50,347 nucleotides of DNA, from positions 1-50,347 of the forward strand of contig JAUSCU010000018.1 of the NCBI GenBank assembly GCA_030651065.1. The letters run 5' to 3'. Source of the stretch: Candidatus Omnitrophota bacterium. Lineage in GTDB: Bacteria > Omnitrophota > Gorgyraeia > 1-14-0-20-64-10. The translations under genes and the position numbers were made by a program. Under the pieces are notes generated by a model. The model saw only the letters and a program-made list of their open reading frames with translations. It ran no database searches and was not told where the DNA came from. Of this stretch, positions 18,321-27,568 are shown in pieces (within the stretch, counting starts at the first letter, position 1; each line of letters starts with the position of its first letter).

Positions 18321-20074
18321 TGGGGCGGATCCGTGTGCTTCCGGAGCAGTTGGCCAACAAGATCGCAGCCGGCGAGGTGATCGAGAGGCCGGCCTCCATT
18401 GTGAAGGAGCTGGTGGAAAACTCGCTGGACGCGGGCGCTCGCTCGATCGAGATCGAAATTGACCACGGCGGCAAGGCCTTCATCCGCGTTTCGGACGACG
18501 GGGCCGGCATGGACGCCTCCGACGCGAAGCTCGCGTTCCAGCGTCACGCGACCAGCAAGATCACGGCCGCCGAAGATCTGGAAGGCATCGGTTCCTACGG
18601 GTTCCGGGGCGAGGCGCTGCCCAGCATTGCGGCGGTCTCCCGCGCCCGGTTGATCACCCGCCGCGAAAAGGACCCCGCCGGGACTGAGGTGGTGGTCGAA
18701 GGAGGGTCCTTGAAAGGGGTGCAGGAGCACGCTTGCCGCCCCGGCACGATCGTGGAGGTGCGGGACCTCTTCTTCAACACGCCGGCCCGCCGGAAATTCC
18801 TCAAGGCCGATTCCACGGAGTTTGGGGCTATCCAGGACGTGGTCTGCCGGATGGCCCTCTGCGCGCCGCAGACCCGTTTCGTCCTGAAATCTTCCGATAA
18901 AACGCTGCTGGACCTGCCGGCCGGGGTCCCTTTATCCCGCCGGGCGCAAGCGGTGTTCGGCCCGGAATCTTCCGGGCAGCTGCTTGATCTTGATTGGCAG
19001 GGGGATGGCATCGGCTTCCGCGGCCTGCTGGGAAAACCCTCTCTCACGCGCGGCAACCGGAGCCAGATCCACCTGTTCGTCAACCGGCGGTGGGTCAAGT
19101 CTCTTCCGCTCTCCTACGCCCTGCAGGCCGGGTATCAAGGGATGCTGATGGAGGGCCGCTGTCCGGTCGCCGTCCTATTCCTGGAGGTGGACTTAAAGCG
19201 AGTGGATGTGAACGTCCATCCGACGAAACAGGAGGTCCGGATTTCCAATGAGCCGGAGATTACCTCCGCGCTCCAGCGGGCGGTGCGGGAGCGGCTTTCC
19301 CAAGAGCCGGACCTGGCCCCCTCTCTGAAGACCGGAATCCATCAGCCGGCGGTTAAAACCTACGCGATCCATTCCGATTCTTCCGTGGCGCAGCCGTGGG
19401 GTGCGGTGCTCGAGGGTGCCCGCTCCGCCGGCCTCTTGGCGTCCGCCCCGCCCTCCGCCGCGCTGCAGCAGCCGATCGCCCTTAAGGGCAAGCTCAAGAT
19501 CACCCGCCTGCTGGGACAGATCCATCGGACCTACCTTGTTGCCGAGACGGAAGAGGGGTTCGCGATCATTGACCAGCACGCGGCGCACGAGCGGGTGGTC
19601 TTCGAGGCGCTGCTGGCCTCTCTTCGCTCGGGTCAGGCGGAGAAGCAGATGCTGTTCTTGGAAGAACTTCTGGAGGTCCATCCCCGCCAGCGGGAACTGT
19701 TCAAGCAGTCCCTGCCGCTGCTGACCAAAGTCGGATTCGACATCGAGGGGTTCGGGGAGGGTACCTCGGTGGTCCGTGCCTACCCGGCAGTGTTTGGCGA
19801 AGTGGATCCCTTGCAGGTGCTGCGCACCTTCCTGGAACAGCTGGAGGAGGGCAAGGTCCGCACGGTGCTGGAGGAAAGCCAGGAGGCATTGGCGGCTCTC
19901 TGCGCCTGCAAGAAGCAGTCGGTCAAGGCGAACGACGCGATGGAGCCGGCCGCGGCGCGGAAACTCCTGGAGCGGCTGGCCCACTGCGAGAACCCCTTCA
20001 ACTGCCCGCACGGCCGCCCGGTCCTGTTCACACAGACCCTCTCCCAGCTCGAGAAGCAGTTCAAGCGGACTTGA
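18320..20074 (+). CDS. mutL: DNA mismatch repair endonuclease MutL
   Basis: N-terminal GHKL ATPase (IAAGEVIERPASIVKELVENSLDAG). The C-terminal endonuclease motif DQHAAHERVVFE, i.e. DQHA(X)2E(X)4E, and CPHGRP indicate a MutH-independent nicking MutL. 1-nt overlap with mutS. Confidence 0.93.
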   Translation: MGRIRVLPEQLANKIAAGEVIERPASIVKELVENSLDAGARSIEIEIDHGGKAFIRVSDDGAGMDASDAKLAFQRHATSKITAAEDLEGIGSYGFRGEALPSIAAVSRARLITRREKDPAGTEVVVEGGSLKGVQEHACRPGTIVEVRDLFFNTPARRKFLKADSTEFGAIQDVVCRMALCAPQTRFVLKSSDKTLLDLPAGVPLSRRAQAVFGPESSGQLLDLDWQGDGIGFRGLLGKPSLTRGNRSQIHLFVNRRWVKSLPLSYALQAGYQGMLMEGRCPVAVLFLEVDLKRVDVNVHPTKQEVRISNEPEITSALQRAVRERLSQEPDLAPSLKTGIHQPAVKTYAIHSDSSVAQPWGAVLEGARSAGLLASAPPSAALQQPIALKGKLKITRLLGQIHRTYLVAETEEGFAIIDQHAAHERVVFEALLASLRSGQAEKQMLFLEELLEVHPRQRELFKQSLPLLTKVGFDIEGFGEGTSVVRAYPAVFGEVDPLQVLRTFLEQLEEGKVRTVLEESQEALAALCACKKQSVKANDAMEPAAARKLLERLAHCENPFNCPHGRPVLFTQTLSQLEKQFKRT

Positions 20075-20481
20075 TGAGGCTGCAACTCGCCGACGACCAG
20101 ATGTGCTTCGGCTGCGGCGGGAAAAATGCCCGCGGATTGAAGCTCCAGTTCACCCTCGATGAGGCCCGCCACCGGATCCGCGCCGAATGGACCCCGCTCA
20201 AGGAGCATCAGGGTTACGCCGAGATCGTCCATGGCGGCATGATTGGGCTGGTGCTGGACGAGCTGATGGGCAACCTCCTTTGGAAAATGGGCCGGCCGTC
20301 GGTCACTGCTGAGATGAGTGTCCGGTTCCTCAAGCCGGCGCATGTGGGTCATCCGTTGCATGCCGAAGCCTGGATCTCTTCTCATAAGGGAAGGATCGCT
20401 CACGTTGAGGCGATTGCCCGAAACGCCGCCGGCGTCGTGGTGGCCGAAGCCAAAGGCCGGTTCGTGCAGATCAAAACATGA
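20074..20481 (+). CDS. PaaI-family hotdog-fold thioesterase with N-terminal CxxC
   Basis: MCFGCGGKNARGLKLQF...HQGYAEIVHGGMIGLVLDELMG is the PaaI/4HBT pattern. Overlaps the mutL stop (TGATG). Confidence 0.7.
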   Translation: MRLQLADDQMCFGCGGKNARGLKLQFTLDEARHRIRAEWTPLKEHQGYAEIVHGGMIGLVLDELMGNLLWKMGRPSVTAEMSVRFLKPAHVGHPLHAEAWISSHKGRIAHVEAIARNAAGVVVAEAKGRFVQIKT

Positions 20482-21632
20482 GTTTAGTCCGCAAGGCGCT
20501 GGCCTTCGCGGCCGAGCGCCACGCCGGGCAGCTTCGGAAAGGGGACGGCAAGCCCTTTATCGTCCATCCGATCGCAGTCGGCAGGATCCTCTCTGTGGCG
20601 AACATGCCGGAAAAGGTGATTGCCGCCGGCCTGCTGCACGACGTCCTCGAAGACACTCCGACCCGGCCGGCGGAACTGGCCCGGCTGTTTGGCAAGGAAG
20701 TCGCCTCTTTGGTGAAAGAAGTGACCGAGCCGCCGAAGCGCCATTCCTGGGAATACCGAAAACGGGCTTACCTGCGCCACATGAAAAAAGCCTCGCGCGG
20801 CGCGCTGGCGATCTCCTGCGCCGACAAGCTGCACAACACCGCTGCTCTGTTGGCCGCCTACCGGCGAGAAGGGCCGGTCGTCTTTGGACGATTCAGCCGC
20901 GGCATCGACCGGAAGGTGGAATACCACCGGGAAGTTTGCGAAGCGGTCCGGGCCGCCTGGCCCCAATGCCCGTTCTTGCCCCGCCTCGACCGTTTAGTCG
21001 CTCAGTTGGAGATTATCTCCAAGGAGCAGACAGGCAGGGAACCCAGGGAAGTCGAGGCGAAATTCCTGGTCAGGAATCCGGCCGTCTTAAGCCGGCTTGC
21101 CCATCTGCGTTTTCTTGGCTCCTTCCGCCGGATTTCCAGCCGCCCGGAGCGGCAGGAGAACCGCTATCTGGACACCCAGGATCTCCGGCTGCGGCAAGCG
21201 CGGGCCATCCTGAAGAGGCGGCGAGTCGGCGCGAAAACGGAGACGACCTTCAAACGGGAAATCTCCCACCGGGGAGGGGTTTCCGAGAGGATCGAGGTGA
21301 CCGGGCCGGAGGCGGTTCTGCGGGCCCGGAAGATCGTGGGTTCCCGCCCGCTCCAAGAGATCTTGAATCTGCGCACGTTCCGGCGTAGGCTCCTCTTTGC
21401 CTGCGGCAAGGATAAGATCGAGCTGGATCTGGACCAAGTGGATGTTTTGCGGGGGAGGCGAAAGATTGCCCGCCATTGGGAGGTGGAGCTGGAGAACCGG
21501 TCCGCCGGGGAGGAACATTTCCGGGAAGCCCTCGCGGAGCTGAAGCGTTCCTTCCGGGGGGAGTTGCGCTCTTCCCGGGTTCCGAAGGTCGAGATTGGGT
21601 TACGCCTGCTGAGAAAAGAGATGAACCGGTGA
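20478..21632 (+). CDS. fusion protein: RelA/SpoT-type HD (alarmone-hydrolase-like) domain + CYTH (triphosphate tunnel) domain
   Basis: N-terminus: AERHAGQLRKGDGKPFIVHPIAVGRIL...AAGLLHDVLEDT (HD_4/SpoT hydrolase signature). From about aa 191, EVEAKFLV is the EXEXK signature of CYTH, followed by basic beta-strand repeats. Confidence 0.7.
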   Translation: MSLVRKALAFAAERHAGQLRKGDGKPFIVHPIAVGRILSVANMPEKVIAAGLLHDVLEDTPTRPAELARLFGKEVASLVKEVTEPPKRHSWEYRKRAYLRHMKKASRGALAISCADKLHNTAALLAAYRREGPVVFGRFSRGIDRKVEYHREVCEAVRAAWPQCPFLPRLDRLVAQLEIISKEQTGREPREVEAKFLVRNPAVLSRLAHLRFLGSFRRISSRPERQENRYLDTQDLRLRQARAILKRRRVGAKTETTFKREISHRGGVSERIEVTGPEAVLRARKIVGSRPLQEILNLRTFRRRLLFACGKDKIELDLDQVDVLRGRRKIARHWEVELENRSAGEEHFREALAELKRSFRGELRSSRVPKVEIGLRLLRKEMNR

Positions 21633-22039
21633 AAAAGAAGATCTTGATTGTCGAAGACGACGAGGATTTGGCCAGGCTTACCCGCCGGCGCCTGCTCTTC
21701 TCGGACTTCGAGGTGATGGTCGTACCGGATGCGATCATGGCGCTTCAGGAAGCCAATCAGTTCCGGCCCGATCTGGTGCTCCTGGACCTCATGCTGCCGG
21801 CCGGCGGAGGGCTGGCCGTTCTGAAGGGATTGAGGTCCTCCATTTACACCACCTACATCCCGGTATTGGTGATGAGCGGATTGGATCGGGAGGCTGAGTC
21901 CGATTATTTCAAGAAAATAGAAAAGCTCGGCATTGAAGAGTTCATCCGAAAACCGTTCGAAGGCAGCCGGCTGGTGGACGTGATCAACCGGATCCTGCAC
22001 GAACAGTACCCGGATTCTCAAGCGGAGGGAACAAAATGA
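21629..22039 (+). CDS. single-domain response-regulator receiver (CheY-like)
   Basis: KKILIVEDDEDLARL...PDLVLLDLMLP...PVLVMSG...KPF. The GTG start overlaps the upstream stop (GTGA). Confidence 0.8.
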   Translation: MKKKILIVEDDEDLARLTRRRLLFSDFEVMVVPDAIMALQEANQFRPDLVLLDLMLPAGGGLAVLKGLRSSIYTTYIPVLVMSGLDREAESDYFKKIEKLGIEEFIRKPFEGSRLVDVINRILHEQYPDSQAEGTK

Positions 22040-23463
22040 ACCGATTCTGGGGCTTATCGCTTCTCCTTATGACAGCACCCGCCCTGACATGGGCGGCGGA
22101 GCCGTCGGTCTTCAAGAGCACCGTGGATGACCAGACGTCGGTCGAGGTGACCGTCTACAACTCCAACCTCGGCTTGGTGAAAGATGTCCGCAAGGTGCGG
22201 GTGCCGGCCGGGCGGGGGGAGCTGCGCTTCATGGATGTGGCCTCCGCCATTCAGCCGGTCACGGTGCGGGTCCGCTCGGTGAACCAGCCGGAGGCCTTCA
22301 GCGTGCTGGAGCAGAACTACGAGTACGACCTGATGAGCCCCGCCAAGCTGCTGGACAAATTCGTCGGAAAGAAGATCAAGCTGGTCGAGTGGAAGGAATT
22401 CCAGGACCGGAAGGACACCGTCGAGGCTACGCTGCTGAGCAACAACAACGGCGAGATCTACCAGGTAGGCAACGAAATCTACCTGGGCCACCCCGGCATC
22501 CGCGTGCTGCCGGAGATCCCGGAGAACCTGATCGCCAAGCCGACACTCATGTGGCTCTACGACAACCAGGGCCGGCCCGAACAGGAGTTGGAGGTGTCGT
22601 ACCTGACCAGCAACATCAACTGGAACGCCGATTACGTTTTGGTGCTGAACAAGGAGGACACCGGGGTTGACCTCTCCGGCTGGGTGACGGTGAACAACCA
22701 ATCCGGCGCCGCTTACAAGGATGCCAAGCTGAAGCTCATCGCCGGCACCATCCACCGGGCCTCTGAGCCGCAGATGTTGGGCCGGTACGCCGAGGAGCGC
22801 CAGATGTCGGCTAAGGCCAGCATGGCGGATGGGTTCCAGGAGCAGGGGTTCTTCGAGTACCACATCTACGACCTTCAGCGCCCCACCACGATTAAGGAGA
22901 ACCAGACCAAGCAAATCGAGTTGCTGCAGGCGGCGGGCGCAGCTGCGCAAAAAGAGATGCTGGTCTACGGCGCTCAGAATTGGTTCACTTACCAGTACCA
23001 GGAGCAGATTCCGGAGCAGCCGGTGAAGGTGTACGTAAAGTTCAAGAACTCGGAGGAGAATCACCTGGGTATGCCGCTGCCGGCCGGCGTTGTGCGGGTC
23101 TACAAGAAGGACGCGCAGGAGAAGCTGCAGTTGATCGGCGAAGACCGGATCAAACACACCCCGAAGGATGAGGAGGTGAAGCTGGAGATCGGCGAAGCCT
23201 TCGACGTGGTGGCCGAGCGCAAGCAAACCGACTACAAACAGATTACCTCAGGCGTGCACGAGTCGGAGTGGGAAATCACGCTGCGCAACCACAAGACCGA
23301 ACCGGTGACGGTCGGCATCATCGAGCCGCTGTACGGCAACTGGTCGGTGATTAGCAACAGCCACCCGTTCACGAAGGTGGATGCTTTCACGATCCGGTTC
23401 GACGCGGAGGTCCCCAAAGACGGGGAAGTGAAGGTCCTCTACCGGGTCCGGGTCGGGCTGTAA
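22036..23463 (+). CDS. exported DUF4139/DUF4140-like protein (TIGR02231-type), function unknown
   Basis: Signal peptide, then VTVYNSNLGLVKDVRKVRVPAGRGELRFMDVASAIQPVTVRV, which is typical of that family as I recall it. ATGA overlap with the receiver gene. Confidence 0.55.
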   Translation: MNRFWGLSLLLMTAPALTWAAEPSVFKSTVDDQTSVEVTVYNSNLGLVKDVRKVRVPAGRGELRFMDVASAIQPVTVRVRSVNQPEAFSVLEQNYEYDLMSPAKLLDKFVGKKIKLVEWKEFQDRKDTVEATLLSNNNGEIYQVGNEIYLGHPGIRVLPEIPENLIAKPTLMWLYDNQGRPEQELEVSYLTSNINWNADYVLVLNKEDTGVDLSGWVTVNNQSGAAYKDAKLKLIAGTIHRASEPQMLGRYAEERQMSAKASMADGFQEQGFFEYHIYDLQRPTTIKENQTKQIELLQAAGAAAQKEMLVYGAQNWFTYQYQEQIPEQPVKVYVKFKNSEENHLGMPLPAGVVRVYKKDAQEKLQLIGEDRIKHTPKDEEVKLEIGEAFDVVAERKQTDYKQITSGVHESEWEITLRNHKTEPVTVGIIEPLYGNWSVISNSHPFTKVDAFTIRFDAEVPKDGEVKVLYRVRVGL

Positions 23464-23467
23464 AAGG

Positions 23468-23728
23468 TTACGCGGCAGCCGCTTTGGCGGCGAACTTCGG
23501 GGTAGGCCGGGTGACGCGGCCCTTCTTGATGCAGCGGGTGCAGACCACGATTCGTTTCACGATGCCGTTGATGACGGCGCGGACCGGCTGAAGGTTGGGC
23601 ATGAAGCGGCGCTTGTTCTTCCGGGCGATGTGCCGGCCCACCCCGCCTTCCTTCTTGGCTTTCCCTTTCCGGGTGTAGGTCCGGCCCGCCATCGGGCCCT
23701 TTCCGCAGATGTCGCAACGCCTTGCCAT
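23468..23728 (-). CDS. rpmB: 50S ribosomal protein L28
   Basis: MARRCDICGKGPMAGRTYT...RRFMPNLQ... matches L28. The start is the internal ATG of the 131-aa ORF. Confidence 0.9.
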   Translation of the reverse strand: MARRCDICGKGPMAGRTYTRKGKAKKEGGVGRHIARKNKRRFMPNLQPVRAVINGIVKRIVVCTRCIKKGRVTRPTPKFAAKAAAA

Positions 23729-23765
23729 GTAGGGTATGATACGGATTGGGCAAAAGCACGTCAAG

Positions 23766-25943
23766 ATGAATTCCCCCGTGAAAACCACCCGCGCTGTTTC
23801 TCCGACGGCGGTCTCGCTCGACACCCCGGTGCAGTACTTGAAGGGGGTGGGGCCGCGCCGCAATTCCTTCTATGACCGGCTGGGTTTAAAGACGCTGCGG
23901 GACCTGCTGTATCATTTCCCGCGGCGGCATGAGGACCGGCGAGCTTTTCTTTCCATCTCCCAGTTGGAGCCGGGCCAGAAGGGCACCGCGCGCGGTGTCA
24001 TCTCAAGCGTCAGCCTTTTCCGGGCGAAGACCGGCACGCTGATCCTGCAGGTGTCGGTGCGGGACAGCACCGGTTTGGTGACCGCCCTCTGGTTTAACCA
24101 GCCCTACATGCGGAAATGGTTCTCCGTCGGGCAGGAAATCATCCTGTACGGCGCCGTGGACCGGATCGGCCGGAAGGTGCAGATGACGGTGCCGGAGTTC
24201 GAGTTCATCCCGAAGGAAGCCGCCGGCGCGGAGCACAAGACGCTGCACATGGGACGGATGGTGCCGGTTTACCCGGCTACCTCCGGCCTGCACCAGCGGG
24301 AGCTGCGGGAAACGGCGGCGGCGGCTTTGAAAACACTCTGGAACAGCTTGCCGGACCCTCTGCCGGAGGAGATCCGGCAGAGGCACGGGCTGCTGGATTT
24401 CAAGACGGCGATGACCCGGATCCATTTCCCGCCGGCGCCGGAGGCGGTGGCGGGGGCGAAGGACCGGGTGACGTTCGACGAAATGTTCTGCTTCCAGCTG
24501 GCGCTGGGGATGCGCCGGAAGAAGATGCAGGCCCGGCCCGGCATCGCGCATGAGGTGGCGGGCGATCTCGTGGAGCGGTGGAAGAAACGGCTGCCCTTTA
24601 CGCTGACCGCCGGCCAGGAGAAGGCGATGAAGGAGATCGCCGCGGATATGGCGGCGCCCTCGCCGATGCACCGGCTGCTGCAGGGGGAGGTCGGATCCGG
24701 CAAGACGGTGGTGGCCGCTTATGCTATGGCGGTGGCGGCGCAGAGCGGGTCCCAGTCGGTGGTGCTGGCCCCCACCGAGGTGCTCGCCCGGCAGCACGCG
24801 CTGACGCTGTCGCAGATGCTTTCCCCGGCCGACATTTCCGTGGGGTTGCTGACCAGCTCATTGGAGGAGCCGGCCCGCCGGCAGATGGCCAGGGATCTCG
24901 CCGAAGGGAAACTGCAAGTTTTGGTGGGGACGCACGCCGCGCTGGAGCCGTGGGTCCGCTTCTCGAAGCTGGGACTGGCGGTGATCGACGAACAGCAGAA
25001 GTTCGGTGTGGACCAGCGCAACGCGCTGATTTCCAAAGGGAACAACCCGGATCTGCTAATCCTCACCGCTACGCCGATCCCCCGGACGCTGAGCCTGACG
25101 CTCTACGGGGAGATGGCCGTTTCCACGCTCGTTGAGCGGCCGGCCGGGCGGCAGACGGCCCGCACCCTTTGGATGGATTCGACCCGCAGGGAAGAAGTCT
25201 TCACCTTCGTCAAATCGGAGTTGGCGGCGGGCCGGCAGGCCTACGTGGTTTGCCCCCGCATCGGGGGAGACGGCAGCAAGGATCAGCCGGGGGAAGACCT
25301 GTTCCCCTCCATCCAGTCCGCCGTGGAAAAGGTCCGGGCGCCGGTCCGGACCGTGTCGGTCCTGCAGATGTTCGCGGAGTACCAGCATCTTTTTTCCGGC
25401 TACCGGGTCGGGCTGCTGCACGGGCGGATGAAGGCCGACGAACAGAAAAAGGTCTTCGCCGCTTTCAAACAGAAGGAGATCCATCTACTGGTGGCAACGC
25501 AAGTGATCGAGGTCGGGGTGGACGTGGCCAACGCCACCGTGATGGTGATCGAGGGGGCGGAGCGGTTCGGGCTTTCACAGCTGCACCAGCTGAGGGGCCG
25601 GGTCGGCCGCGGTGAGCATGAGTCCACTTGCATCCTGATCGCCGACCCGAAGGACCCCGCCGGTATGGAGCGGCTGCAGACGATGGTGCAGGTGGCCGAC
25701 GGGTTCCGGATCGCCGAGGAGGACTTGAGGCTGCGGGGCCCGGGGGAGCTGCTGGGCAAGCGCCAGTCCGGGCTGCCGGACCTGAAATGCCTTGAGTGGG
25801 CCGTGCAGGGACCGTGGCTCGAGCTCGCCCGAAAAGAGGCGGAAACGATGCTGGCCGCGGAACCGGAGTTGGACGCCCCCGCGCTGGCTCCTCTCAAAAG
25901 GGAAGTGAAGTTGCGCTTTCCTCAACTCATTGAGACCGCGTGA
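23766..25943 (+). CDS. recG: ATP-dependent DNA helicase RecG
   Basis: Wedge/OB N-domain, LPFTLTAGQ, GEVGSGKT (Walker A), DEQQKFG (DEAH-type), QLHQLRGRVGRG. The ATG at 23736 is an alternative start. Confidence 0.9.
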   Translation: MNSPVKTTRAVSPTAVSLDTPVQYLKGVGPRRNSFYDRLGLKTLRDLLYHFPRRHEDRRAFLSISQLEPGQKGTARGVISSVSLFRAKTGTLILQVSVRDSTGLVTALWFNQPYMRKWFSVGQEIILYGAVDRIGRKVQMTVPEFEFIPKEAAGAEHKTLHMGRMVPVYPATSGLHQRELRETAAAALKTLWNSLPDPLPEEIRQRHGLLDFKTAMTRIHFPPAPEAVAGAKDRVTFDEMFCFQLALGMRRKKMQARPGIAHEVAGDLVERWKKRLPFTLTAGQEKAMKEIAADMAAPSPMHRLLQGEVGSGKTVVAAYAMAVAAQSGSQSVVLAPTEVLARQHALTLSQMLSPADISVGLLTSSLEEPARRQMARDLAEGKLQVLVGTHAALEPWVRFSKLGLAVIDEQQKFGVDQRNALISKGNNPDLLILTATPIPRTLSLTLYGEMAVSTLVERPAGRQTARTLWMDSTRREEVFTFVKSELAAGRQAYVVCPRIGGDGSKDQPGEDLFPSIQSAVEKVRAPVRTVSVLQMFAEYQHLFSGYRVGLLHGRMKADEQKKVFAAFKQKEIHLLVATQVIEVGVDVANATVMVIEGAERFGLSQLHQLRGRVGRGEHESTCILIADPKDPAGMERLQTMVQVADGFRIAEEDLRLRGPGELLGKRQSGLPDLKCLEWAVQGPWLELARKEAETMLAAEPELDAPALAPLKREVKLRFPQLIETA

Positions 25944-26530
25944 GAATCACCGCCGGAAAATACGCGGGGCGGACCGTGGCGCCCCCCAAGGGCCCGCGCA
26001 TCCGGCCGACGCAGGACCAGGTCCGCCAGGCCCTGTTCAATATAGTGGGACCCAAAGTCGAAGGAGCCCGGGTGCTGGACCTCTTCGCCGGCTCCGGCGC
26101 GCTGGGGATTGAGAGCTTAAGCCACGGCGCGAAGCACGTCACCTTCGTCGACCGCTCCGGTTTCTGCATCCGGGCCGTTGAGCAGAACCTGGAGAGGCTG
26201 TTGGGGCAGGCTTCTTGGGAATCTTCCACCCTCTTGAAAGCCGATGTCTTGTCGGCGATCCGGAAACTAACCCTCCGCGGCCAAACTTTCGACCTTGTGT
26301 TTCTGGACCCGCCGTACGGGCAGGATTTGGCCAGAAAAGCCTTGATCGCCCTATGCCGCGGTGCTATAGTTTCCCAGTCTGGATGGGTGGTCTCCGAATC
26401 CGATAAGCGGGATCCTCTCCCACCGGCTTTTGAGGACTCTGGAAGTCGGCTGGTATCACAACGCGTTGAAACATATGGGGATACCGTACTTACATTCTAT
26501 GAAGATTGCAGTCTACCCCGGCACGTTTGA
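25940..26530 (+). CDS. rsmD: 16S rRNA (guanine966-N2)-methyltransferase RsmD
   Basis: RITAGKYAGR......RPT.D.VR.ALFNI......VLDLFAGSGALGIE..S.GA..V.FVD and DPPY. GTGA overlap with recG. Confidence 0.8.
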   Translation: MRITAGKYAGRTVAPPKGPRIRPTQDQVRQALFNIVGPKVEGARVLDLFAGSGALGIESLSHGAKHVTFVDRSGFCIRAVEQNLERLLGQASWESSTLLKADVLSAIRKLTLRGQTFDLVFLDPPYGQDLARKALIALCRGAIVSQSGWVVSESDKRDPLPPAFEDSGSRLVSQRVETYGDTVLTFYEDCSLPRHV

Positions 26531-26993
26531 CCCGGTTACCAACGGCCACCTTGATCTTATTAGAAGAGCCCGAGCCGTTTTCAAACAGGTGGTGGTTGGC
26601 GTGGCTGAAAACCCCGGCAAGGGGACCCTTTTTTCCGTAGAGGACCGGGTAGAGATGCTGCGGGAGGCGACCCGGCGGCTCGCGGGCATCCGAGTAGAGC
26701 CCTTCGGCGGCCTGTCGGTTTCGTTCGCGCGCCGGCAGAAGGCCCGCGTGATCCTGCGGGGTTTGAGGATGCTCACGGATTTCGAATATGAGTTTCAGTT
26801 GGCGCTGACCAACCGGCGGCTGGACCCGCACGTGGAGACGGTGTTCCTGATGCCCTCCGCCGAAACTTCTTATGTTTCCTCCCGCCTGATCAAAGAAGCG
26901 GCCGGCCTCGGCGCCGATGTGCGGGGGCTGGTGCCGCTGTTTGTGGCGCGGCGTTTGAAGGAGCGCTTAAAAAATGAAGGTCAGACTGAGTGA
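26499..26993 (+). CDS. coaD: phosphopantetheine adenylyltransferase
   Basis: MKIAVYPGTFDPVTNGHLDLIRRA...ISSRLIKE signature. Confidence 0.9.
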   Translation: MKIAVYPGTFDPVTNGHLDLIRRARAVFKQVVVGVAENPGKGTLFSVEDRVEMLREATRRLAGIRVEPFGGLSVSFARRQKARVILRGLRMLTDFEYEFQLALTNRRLDPHVETVFLMPSAETSYVSSRLIKEAAGLGADVRGLVPLFVARRLKERLKNEGQTE

Positions 26994-27384
26994 CATCTTG
27001 GAAGAGGGTCTCACGGTGACGGAAGTGCTGGACCCGGTGAGAGTGAGATTGGACACGGCGGACCTGAAATTCACCGCCCCCGTCGGCGTGACCGCCACGT
27101 TCCAGCAGCAGGATGACACCGTTTGGGTGGAAGTTGGCGTGGCCGGAGAGACCCAGCGGATCTGCGCCCGCTGCCTGGAGGGTTTCGGCAGGCCGTACGA
27201 TAACCGGTTCACTCTGGACTACTCGGTCGAGGGCAAGCTGGATCTGGACATTACTGATGACGTGCGGCAGGAGATCCTGTTGAGCTACCCCGTGCGGTTT
27301 CTCTGCCGGGAAGATTGCCGCGGACTTTGTCCCCAGTGTGGGACGAACCTGAATGAAAGGAGCTGCACCCATGCCTCTTCCTAA
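26974..27384 (+). CDS. yceD: DUF177 / YceD-family protein (large-subunit rRNA accumulation)
   Basis: CARCLEGF...CREDCRGLCPQCGTNLNE four-Cys pattern. Canonical position just upstream of rpmF-plsX. Confidence 0.75.
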   Translation: MKVRLSDILEEGLTVTEVLDPVRVRLDTADLKFTAPVGVTATFQQQDDTVWVEVGVAGETQRICARCLEGFGRPYDNRFTLDYSVEGKLDLDITDDVRQEILLSYPVRFLCREDCRGLCPQCGTNLNERSCTHASS

Positions 27385-27568
27385 ACGGCGTTTTTCCCGG
27401 TCCCGCAGGGACAAGCGCAGGACCCAATTAAACTTGAAAGTTCCCGGCCTTTCCCTCTGCCCGCAGTGCGGAGCGTCGGTGCTTTCCCACCAGATCTGCC
27501 CCTCCTGCGGCCAGTACCGCGGCCGCCAGGTGGTTCCGGTCAAGGTGGAAGGCAAGAAAAAAGGTTGA
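27371..27568 (+). CDS. rpmF: 50S ribosomal protein L32
   Basis: MPLPKRRFSRSRRDKRR...CPQCG....H..CPSCG. Confidence 0.9.
   Translation: MPLPKRRFSRSRRDKRRTQLNLKVPGLSLCPQCGASVLSHQICPSCGQYRGRQVVPVKVEGKKKG

Noticed and set aside
20318-21388. 356-aa same-strand alternative-frame ORF over the thioesterase and HD-CYTH genes. Similar cases: 3684-4490, 4789-5553, 33160-34014, 34015-34605
   Set aside because: These are out-of-frame readings of well-supported genes, with Arg/Gly/Pro-rich composition and no motifs.
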